DNA of 54,804 nucleotides from a virus (Duplodnaviria; Caudoviricetes): IMG/VR virus record IMGVR_UViG_3300017747_001955, positions 1 to 54,804 of that record; one strand, 5' to 3'. Shown piece by piece: positions 30,501 to 37,715 of this stretch (position 1 is its first letter; each line of letters starts with the position of its first letter). The notes under the pieces were generated by a model. It saw only the letters and a program-made list of their open reading frames with translations, ran no database searches and was not told where the DNA came from. The position numbers and the translations under genes were made by a program.

Positions 30501-31847
30501 AGCTGGCTTAGCTTTATTTTGAACTACTGTATTATTTTGAGGTGCTGTTTTATTTTGTGCAGATGTAGCAGCAACTTTTCTTTGACTATGACCTGTACTA
30601 CCAATAGGTTGTCCAAAGACTGTATTACCTGATGGATCAGTAAATGACTTTACTATAGAATCCCATATACCAGATATACCACTTTGAGCTTTAGGTAATG
30701 GTCCACCTTTTTTATAAGTTCTTTCATAAGGATATGGAGGACCTACGTAGCGATTACCTGCATCTTGAGCTTGACCTTCTGCAGACCAAGGAACTTCATA
30801 CATTTCAGGATTAACTACTTTATCATAAATAAGACCTGGATTGACAAATTGAAAAGATGGATCAGTGTATAAAAATTCATTACCAAGTGCTTCTTGATCA
30901 ATAGCTCTTCTATTATAATAAGGCATTTGCCCTTCAAAACTTTCATTTGCAACAACAGAAGGTCTTCTCAAAGGAAGATAAGGATTTAACTCAGCAGGTA
31001 AATTTTCTAGACCTAATAATTGATCAGGATTTACTCTAAGATCACCTCTCATCCATTGATCGTAGTGTTCCATTTCATGAGGTAATACATCTTGCTGATA
31101 TGCTTGAGCTCTATTTAAATAGATATCACCAGATAAAGGATTAAAGTGACTATTAAGTATATTGGGACTTACATAGACATTAGGTCTTTTTTGTTTACCA
31201 TCCTGAGCTTTAGGTAATCCACCATATCTAGCCATAGGCATACCTTCTTCTTGTGGAATAGGCTGACCTTGTGCTATATCAGAACCAAACAAAGGCATAG
31301 CAATATCAGGAATACCATCAGGGAATCCTTTCATACCTTCTTGAATAAGAGCAAGTTGTCCCAACTTCTTCATGTTATTTTCAATCATGAGTTGAGCTGT
31401 CTTCTTATCCATAGGATCAGCCCATGGATCAGCTAATATTTGCTTATATACATTAAGCTCATATTTCTTTGCTACCTCTGCTGGGGTTTTTGATTTACCA
31501 CCACCTATATTAAATACATCCTTTAATACATCTTTATTCTTAATAAGCAATCCTCTGTAATCAGAAAATACAAATGATCCATCAGGAACATTCAAAGGTG
31601 TACCACCTTCAGAGTGTCTCTTACCTCCAATCTTTGCATGGGCTATGTTACCATCTATATCAGGAAATACAATTGTTTCTCCTTTTTCAGCTTCTATATT
31701 AGCATCTTCTCTGGGTACAGGACTAAGTGTAGTACCTACAGTATTATTAGTTGGTTGATCTTCATAATTCCAGATACTTCCTGAAACTAATGCAAAGTTC
31801 TTCTGGGCACCTGTGACCCCTGGAGTCTTTCTAACTTTTACTCTCAT
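27591..31847 (-). CDS. Internal virion cargo protein (1418 aa) with an N-terminal EAEKGE...HSEGG...VFSD domain, an HExxH module and GG-motif repeats
   Basis: ANIEAEKGET / GKRHSEGGTPL / FVFSD motifs; LPHEMEHYDQ; repeats ARYGGLPKAQDG, YKKGGPLPKAQSG, FEMGGQLRKYAGG; low-complexity linkers. Confidence 0.7.
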   Translation of the reverse strand: MRVKVRKTPGVTGAQKNFALVSGSIWNYEDQPTNNTVGTTLSPVPREDANIEAEKGETIVFPDIDGNIAHAKIGGKRHSEGGTPLNVPDGSFVFSDYRGLLIKNKDVLKDVFNIGGGKSKTPAEVAKKYELNVYKQILADPWADPMDKKTAQLMIENNMKKLGQLALIQEGMKGFPDGIPDIAMPLFGSDIAQGQPIPQEEGMPMARYGGLPKAQDGKQKRPNVYVSPNILNSHFNPLSGDIYLNRAQAYQQDVLPHEMEHYDQWMRGDLRVNPDQLLGLENLPAELNPYLPLRRPSVVANESFEGQMPYYNRRAIDQEALGNEFLYTDPSFQFVNPGLIYDKVVNPEMYEVPWSAEGQAQDAGNRYVGPPYPYERTYKKGGPLPKAQSGISGIWDSIVKSFTDPSGNTVFGQPIGSTGHSQRKVAATSAQNKTAPQNNTVVQNKAKPAAAATTAVVNTPKANASAPAAARVMTSNENDAMHDRNVRNQLFKAKELWMNSDPNSAEEKRARQQLINLLGENPEYAKLPSMQEFFNEVNNLTSSRPTYLKDLGKDLDKRKVVAQQRQQAEADRIGLATTLPDEDEPIKRRQVESANKIYNDALLSNDPVTMREAAKLLEDGDTYDISGLSTPVGMIGKGLGYIGNAVQGFGIGLTGGFGLPTAPFYDLTDTNQPYGLSWQEKIYDMADVLQDKANKLQKRKELNTASKLSETKNIQFQKKYNAVKAAAEKVLNDPNSAPQDVARAATIYEDITNTGTYAPLLSDRPHYSPYRPNQYGFGKDEYEGVFSFKRSATNESEKNLDKYLVELTGAPVGEAPDEMETSNPYPEGNYFDSKTGKYLNGATDATAVVLKEQTKVNQVHQKLRDNGNAPYEEKIGNKYIQYIRLPNGNISALFIPKPTTDVVEGETTSDTTTTGKVKKEERKKKVEEVSDEYTTLQESLDLFNAAVPASEKKKLGGEQKIISYDPTRKFEMGGQLRKYAGGGGKHTQLIKETAIKSTDTYDVVMPNKKLDYTFGTQGFDSSKNYYTAINKTTGKQEELDLNDFINRQTDVLTNYDGGIDKWKADVTSTDKAAREKAAGWFQENYNTWRKANGLPEYFITKSGSNPYGKDKKLGIYTWSAPGIKKKAATVVENKPGDTPAPPAAPAPPTKPGEIPPQNYESGIAGTPWWNYDLVNYGNQLGNYFDIEPGALPTFMNYVPYIPDPTFLDPARAIAQQQGVVRGTQEAIMAASDPTVARANMIAASAAAAPQIANIMAQYDERNAGIANQYESSGAQMFNQAQLQNQQFEKQYRDELEVRRQQYQNALREGRTNVAKSIMQGLKNAAETSWVNATSDSYAVDPGTGQVYFKRGFDPLKGSFRSQTGSIADAYEELLNKGWSDEQARAILELQVKSKLPMNKSEAQVGGMLYNPMDLIWND

Positions 31848-31883
31848 AAACTTTTAAAATTTATTATTATAAATACCACACAT

Positions 31884-31905
31884 TTAAATTTAATCATTTT
31901 TTTTG
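31884..31905 (-). promoter_or_regulatory. Putative phage late promoter (A-tract + TAwATT motif), copy 2
   Basis: Minus strand CAAAAAAAATGATTAAATTTAA in the 64-nt gap upstream of the 1418-aa gene. Confidence 0.4.
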
Positions 31906-31911
31906 AGATTG

Positions 31912-33732
31912 TCAAATATACTCAACAGTTCCTCCTGCAGCAAGAATTTGATCAATTTCTTCTTGGGTAAGATCATACTCTTCCCCATCTTCATACATAT
32001 CTAATGAACCTCCCATGCGACCATACAATAATGCTTTTTCCATGTAAGGATTAGATTGTTTTTGAGCTTGTGTATATGCATTCACTCTAAAGCTAGGCCC
32101 TTGAGTAGGATTTACTAAGTAATCTCCATAGTCTTGCATATTACCTGATGTACCTCCAGTTTGAGTAACAGGCATAAACTCAGATGTATTTAACTTACTA
32201 GCTAATTCATCTGCTTGTTTATCTGCATTTATACCTGCAAGATAATCTTTAATCTGTCCTAATCCTCCAACAGCTCTTTGTGCACCTGCTACATCAAATG
32301 TTAAGTGCTTACCCTTTGAACCAACCTCACCAAAGTCTATGACACCTGGTCTAAACTTAGGAGCAGCTTTCTTTTCACCAGGAGTAGTAGAAGGAGTTCC
32401 ACCTGTAGTATCTGTACCTTGTTTTACAACATTTTGATCAGCTATTCTAGTTGCATTTTGATTAGCAGTTTGAGTAGCTTGATATCCTGCACTAGATTCA
32501 ACTGCAGCAGGAGTTTGAGTACTATATAAATTATAAGGATTACTTGAAGGCTGACTTAAGTTATTATTTTGAGATAAGTTCATAGATTGACCTTGACCTT
32601 GCATTCCTGATACTACAATAGGATTTACTTGATGTTGAGGAAGATAGATAAAACCTCCTCTTCTATATGCTCTTTGATAAGGATTACCATTTGGATCAGA
32701 ATAATCAAAAGGATAAGCATTGATATCCATTATAGCAGGGGCAGTGTTTCTAATTCTATTGGTTCCATCCCCTCTTTCATTAAACTGATAGTACATACTA
32801 TTTGGATCATTAACATCTTGCTGAAATTGTTCATATGGACTAGGTTGATCTTCTGGTCTCATCATTGGTGGAGTCAAAGGCACTCTGTTTGTAGGTCTTA
32901 CATTATCATCATATTGAGTTGTAGATAATGTAGAAGGTTGTCTTGACTGCATCATGCTTGGATTTTTACCATCCTCTTCCATTCTATATGCATCATATCC
33001 TGATGTATAGTTCTGTTGAAGAGGCATGTTTGAATCTAAGCTACTCATAAAATCACCTTCTGCTAATGGATCATATTCAGGAGTAGGTTCTTCTCTTAAA
33101 GGAGGATTTTTATATGCATCAAAATTTTGTTGAATATCAGTCTTAGCCTGTTTGTTTTGATTTGCTTCTTGAACAGAAAGATTAGGATTAGTTTTAAACC
33201 AGCTTTTATCAGATTTTGGTTTCTTCTCTTTTTTCTCTCCACTACCCCATCCTGTACCTAAGTATCCAACTATATTAGCAGCATTTGCTAATGCAGTTAT
33301 TCCTCCAACAATACCTTTATTACCTGCTTGAGAGTTTACCATGTTTAAGTAATCAATAGGGTTAGCAGATATTGCACCAGTAGCACTTGGTCTCATAGAT
33401 GCATTATTACTACTATTAGCAGAAGCATCTGTTTTATTATCAGTGGCTCCTGGAGTGGTTGTACCAGAATTAGTTGCGCCAGAATTAGTAGTATTAGTAT
33501 TAGCTGGAGCAGCGTTTGGATCTTTACCTCCTGGATAAGCTGCATTTAACTTGTCAATACTACTTTTAAATTTTGGATTCTTACTGATATCATACTTCTT
33601 ACCTTTATTATAAGCAGACCATACACCATTATCATAACTGTATGTCCAATCTTTATTACCTGTAGGATCAACTAATGTTCCTGCAGTAGGTGTACCTGTT
33701 TGACTAGTTGCTGCTTGATGCATAGGTAACAT
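31912..33732 (-). CDS. Low-complexity cargo protein (606 aa); probably also or mainly the -1 frameshift extension of the upstream 1324-aa protein
   Basis: Q/N/T/P-rich; contains YRRGGFIYLPQHQ and an acidic C-terminus (YEDGEEYDLTQEEIDQILAAGGTVEYI). Its frame stays open upstream of the ATG as KKKVGGE through the A9 run. Confidence 0.7.
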   Translation of the reverse strand: MLPMHQAATSQTGTPTAGTLVDPTGNKDWTYSYDNGVWSAYNKGKKYDISKNPKFKSSIDKLNAAYPGGKDPNAAPANTNTTNSGATNSGTTTPGATDNKTDASANSSNNASMRPSATGAISANPIDYLNMVNSQAGNKGIVGGITALANAANIVGYLGTGWGSGEKKEKKPKSDKSWFKTNPNLSVQEANQNKQAKTDIQQNFDAYKNPPLREEPTPEYDPLAEGDFMSSLDSNMPLQQNYTSGYDAYRMEEDGKNPSMMQSRQPSTLSTTQYDDNVRPTNRVPLTPPMMRPEDQPSPYEQFQQDVNDPNSMYYQFNERGDGTNRIRNTAPAIMDINAYPFDYSDPNGNPYQRAYRRGGFIYLPQHQVNPIVVSGMQGQGQSMNLSQNNNLSQPSSNPYNLYSTQTPAAVESSAGYQATQTANQNATRIADQNVVKQGTDTTGGTPSTTPGEKKAAPKFRPGVIDFGEVGSKGKHLTFDVAGAQRAVGGLGQIKDYLAGINADKQADELASKLNTSEFMPVTQTGGTSGNMQDYGDYLVNPTQGPSFRVNAYTQAQKQSNPYMEKALLYGRMGGSLDMYEDGEEYDLTQEEIDQILAAGGTVEYI

Positions 33733-33740
33733 TTCACCGC

Positions 33741-33753
33741 CTACTTTTTTTTT
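33741..33753 (-). other. Candidate -1 frameshift / slippage site A_AAA_AAG immediately before TAG (A9G run)
   Basis: Minus strand TTA AAA AAA AAG TAG GCG GTG AAA TG; heptamer at 33750-33744; the -1 frame reads K-K-V-G-G-E-M into the 606-aa ORF. Confidence 0.65.
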
Positions 33754-36700
33754 AACCCTTGACTTCTCATATAAGACATGAAGTCATTAGGATCCCAATC
33801 TTTACCTTTTTTCTTTTTAGGATCTTTGGCAAAGCCTCCACTCTTCATAATTGCATAGATAGTATCCATATCTAGTTGTCCTCCCCATTGATCATCAGTA
33901 TCACCACCTTCTGCAAACATAAAGTTAGGTCTAGTTTCAAAACTACCACCATCTCTTTGTTCTGGTTTTTTTCCAAACTTAAGAGTGTAGTTTGCTCCTA
34001 CATTAAAATCTCCACTATCAGGACTCCAACCACCTGTAAGACCAAGTTTTGAATTTGTTCCTGTTCTTGTAGCACCAAAAGTAATAGGCGTAGTAGTCAT
34101 CTTTATTGGTGAAGTAGGTGCAGGAGTTGCATCACTAGAAATTACAGTAGCTGGATTACCAATCCTTTTATCAAAATTAAGCCCACCAGAAAGATTAAAT
34201 CCCCATCTATTATTACCAAAACCAAGATTAACAGGTAATGCTAAAGATTGATTTTGAAATGTATTTTCATCAGGGCGCATCTTAAGATTAAATTTAGGTT
34301 GAACACCTAATTCAAAATAATTCTTACGAACATCACTATTAGTCTGCCAATTGCTATCATCAACACTAGTAACAGGTGGAGTAGTAGCAGGAGCTGCTAC
34401 AGGAGATGTTTGAGGAGAAACTTGAGGAGAAGTAACAGCCTGAGTTCTTTGTGTAACAGCAGGTGTTATTCCATATGCTCCTAAATTATTTGCTAATGCT
34501 ATTTCTTGTGCACCTTGTAATGTAACAGGTCTAATTACTTGAGAGTATCTATCAGCTGTACCAAAGTATGAAGGTTTGGTGTATACATTTTGATTTGATG
34601 GAATACTACCAGGTTTAGGTGAAACCATTCCTTTATATGGTTGTACATAATCATCAAAGTTATAAAAACCATAACCAAGAGCTTTATTTATTTCAGCTTG
34701 TTCAGCTTGTGCAGCTGCTTGCATAGCTGCTTGTTCTGCCTCTATTTTAGCTAGATCTTCTTCAGACAAATCTCCTCCACTAGGATCCATTTTTCCTTTT
34801 ACAGGTTTATCAGGACCACCTTGTGCAAATCTTTTTAGTCTAGAATAAGGTAGATATGTTTGAGCTTGAGGGAATGCTTCTCCTCCCTCTTTAAACATAG
34901 GACCTGAAATGCGTTCTAGTTCTTCAGGACTAAGATTTTGTATAATTTTATCATATGTAGGATTAGGGTCTTGATTAAGATACCTTCTATTCATCATATA
35001 ATAAGAAAGATCATCATAAGTAACAGGAGCATTTTTAACCCAAGCAGGTGCTCCTTCATGAAGCAAACCATAACCAATATCATATACCCCTTTTCCCATA
35101 ATAGAACCAAGATAAGGTAAAGTATTTCCAATACCTGCTAATATTTGACCTGGTACTGATGTTCTTCTAGCAAGCCAATTTGGTTCATAGTTAGGAGTTT
35201 TCTTTCCTGTTTGTTTACCTTTTTGATATTGATTACCTGAATAACTAGCCCAGTCTGTAGGATACTCATTAGCTTGTGGGAATGCTTCACCACCACCTTT
35301 CTTTCCTGTAATTGGTTGCATTTGTTTTTTTAAACTATCCCTTACTGAACTTGGTAAGTTCTTCATATACTGGGGATTAGCATTAACCCAAGAACTATCT
35401 TGACGCACAACAACTCTAGGATCTTTTGATAAATTATAAAGATCCACAGGAGTCTTATCAGAAAATCCTACAAGATTTGCAAAATCTCTAAAGTATACAT
35501 TACCTTGACCAGGGTACAAATGAACGCTATCACCTGGAGTTTTAGTTTGAAGATCAGGATATGAAACACTTGTGTATGGACCATATAAGTTTTTAACAGC
35601 TTGATTAAATGCATCCATTTGCTGAATTCCTTTAACATTAGGAATAACTGCATTTGTTTTATCTCTAGGTGCTATTTGATTTTGTCCTGTTTGACTAATT
35701 CTTCCTTGATGCTGAGGTAAAGCACTGCCACCTTCTTTTCTATTACCATAATAATCTACAGCTACATTTTGAGGAATATTTAAATAGTTAGGATAGATAC
35801 CTGTACTCTCAGGAATAAAAGTTTGATCAGGAACATATTGAACTGAATTAGGAGTTGTAAAAAAATCTTTAACACCAGCCTTATATCTTCCCCACTTTCC
35901 TGTTGTTGGATCTTCTTCTTCTTTTAATTTTCCCTTAGAATATTTTTTACCTGCATGAATTAATCCTTCAAATTCTTTAATAGTTTGAGCAAATTTACCA
36001 CTTTGAGTAAGACCTCTTAATTGTTCTAATCTCTTAGGTAATTTAGCACCAGAAGATATAAGACCTGGTAGACCTGCAATTGCTGATATATCAAGTCCTT
36101 GTAAAGCTGATAGTCTTAAAAGCTCTTTAACATCTTCTTTACTACCTGTCTTTACAGCTTTATCAAGTGCATTACCCCATGCAGGTGCTCTTTCATATGC
36201 ATCTGTTAACATGTCTACAGTAAAGATATTTCCAAGTGTAGCATATTGAGAACCTGGAATAGCTGATGGTAAAAGTCTGTGGGTAAATATATTATGAATA
36301 CCGTGAGATACCTGATGTGCTGAAGGCATAAAAGGTGCAACAGTAGCTGCTGCTGCACCAGCTGCAATAGGAGCCATTTGTCTATTAGTTTGATTAGCTG
36401 CATCTCTAATGATTCTTGGATCATTACCTGTATATGGAGAAGACATTGCTGCTAATGCATACTCATTAGGATTGATATCTATTGTCTCATATAATTGAGA
36501 TTGCTTTTGTTCTCTTGCAGCTTGTTCAAAAAGTTTTGCTCGTTCTGCATTTTCAAAACTACCATAAGTGGCAATATCATTTTCTAACTGTTGTTTTTGA
36601 TTATTTGATTTAGCATCAGTTGTATTATCTCTAGACATGGTTGTGTTACCAGGTCTTAAACTTCTTTTTAAATCTTGCTCTTTTTTAGCTGCTTGTGCAG

Positions 36701-37715
36701 CTGCTTGTTGATTAACTCTTTCAAAGCTTGCAGACATATTTGCATTTTGCTTATTTTGCAAATCACTTTGAAATTTCTGTTGAGCTTGTCCTTTAGCTAT
36801 TGATGATTGAATACTAGCATCAGAACTTAGTTTAGGAAACTGGCCTACTAAATTTCTCATCTCTACCTGTTCCATCTGATTCAATGGTCTACCTGCAGAA
36901 AGAAGATTCATATACCTTTGCTTAGCACTATCATAAACAACATCAACTGCTGGACCTCTACCTGATCTCATTACTGAAATAGCATCTTGTGTACTATTTA
37001 CTAAATTATTACTTCCTACGACAGGTGTAATTTGATGTTTAGGTAAAGCAATACCACCCTTAGCTTTCTTATAAAACCACTCTAAGTTTTGTGCTTGTGG
37101 AGATGGATTGTATTGATCAAAGCAATCAATACATGGTTCTCCACCATGACTCATCATTCCTTCTTCAGGCATTGGCTCTTGACCTTCCTGTCCTTCTTGT
37201 CCAGCTTGAGCTTGCTCTTGTTGAGCCATTGCTGTTTGTACTTCTTGAGCAATAGATTGAATAGCTTCTTGTTGCTGATCTTGAGGAAGAGCTTGTATTT
37301 TCTTAATCAATTCATTTGGATCCATCTGCTTCATCTGAGCATAGATCTGAATGATTTGCATAGTTTGATCCTGTTGAGGATTCCCTCCCATTTGAGCTGC
37401 TGGAAGTTCTAATACACTATTACCTGCAAAGTTGTAATTCATATTAGGTTGCATAAAAGCAGCACCATATGGAGTCAATGCAATTTGAGGATTTGTATTT
37501 CTCATTGTAATAGGAGTACCAGCACCTTTACCTTTAATCAAAGTAGGGATTCCAGGAAACAAATCTTGTCCATCCTGATTAGTGATAATTGGTTTAGCAT
37601 CAAGCTTAGCCTGAGTTTTATCTGGTAATGCAAAATTAGGCTTTGAGTTATTTAGCTTTTTCTTATCTTGATTAATCTTATTAATCAATGGTAATAGTTT
37701 ATCAGTTTTCATCAT
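33741..37715 (-). CDS. Low-complexity internal virion cargo protein (1324 aa) with multiple xxGG..(L/F)PxxQ repeats
   Basis: Gln-rich segment; repeats KKAKGGIALPKHQ, RKEGGSALPQHQ, KKGGGEAFPQA, FKEGGEAFPQA, RFAQGG, MFAEGG; ends GLKKK at the slippery run. Confidence 0.75.
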   Translation of the reverse strand: MMKTDKLLPLINKINQDKKKLNNSKPNFALPDKTQAKLDAKPIITNQDGQDLFPGIPTLIKGKGAGTPITMRNTNPQIALTPYGAAFMQPNMNYNFAGNSVLELPAAQMGGNPQQDQTMQIIQIYAQMKQMDPNELIKKIQALPQDQQQEAIQSIAQEVQTAMAQQEQAQAGQEGQEGQEPMPEEGMMSHGGEPCIDCFDQYNPSPQAQNLEWFYKKAKGGIALPKHQITPVVGSNNLVNSTQDAISVMRSGRGPAVDVVYDSAKQRYMNLLSAGRPLNQMEQVEMRNLVGQFPKLSSDASIQSSIAKGQAQQKFQSDLQNKQNANMSASFERVNQQAAAQAAKKEQDLKRSLRPGNTTMSRDNTTDAKSNNQKQQLENDIATYGSFENAERAKLFEQAAREQKQSQLYETIDINPNEYALAAMSSPYTGNDPRIIRDAANQTNRQMAPIAAGAAAATVAPFMPSAHQVSHGIHNIFTHRLLPSAIPGSQYATLGNIFTVDMLTDAYERAPAWGNALDKAVKTGSKEDVKELLRLSALQGLDISAIAGLPGLISSGAKLPKRLEQLRGLTQSGKFAQTIKEFEGLIHAGKKYSKGKLKEEEDPTTGKWGRYKAGVKDFFTTPNSVQYVPDQTFIPESTGIYPNYLNIPQNVAVDYYGNRKEGGSALPQHQGRISQTGQNQIAPRDKTNAVIPNVKGIQQMDAFNQAVKNLYGPYTSVSYPDLQTKTPGDSVHLYPGQGNVYFRDFANLVGFSDKTPVDLYNLSKDPRVVVRQDSSWVNANPQYMKNLPSSVRDSLKKQMQPITGKKGGGEAFPQANEYPTDWASYSGNQYQKGKQTGKKTPNYEPNWLARRTSVPGQILAGIGNTLPYLGSIMGKGVYDIGYGLLHEGAPAWVKNAPVTYDDLSYYMMNRRYLNQDPNPTYDKIIQNLSPEELERISGPMFKEGGEAFPQAQTYLPYSRLKRFAQGGPDKPVKGKMDPSGGDLSEEDLAKIEAEQAAMQAAAQAEQAEINKALGYGFYNFDDYVQPYKGMVSPKPGSIPSNQNVYTKPSYFGTADRYSQVIRPVTLQGAQEIALANNLGAYGITPAVTQRTQAVTSPQVSPQTSPVAAPATTPPVTSVDDSNWQTNSDVRKNYFELGVQPKFNLKMRPDENTFQNQSLALPVNLGFGNNRWGFNLSGGLNFDKRIGNPATVISSDATPAPTSPIKMTTTPITFGATRTGTNSKLGLTGGWSPDSGDFNVGANYTLKFGKKPEQRDGGSFETRPNFMFAEGGDTDDQWGGQLDMDTIYAIMKSGGFAKDPKKKKGKDWDPNDFMSYMRSQGLKKK

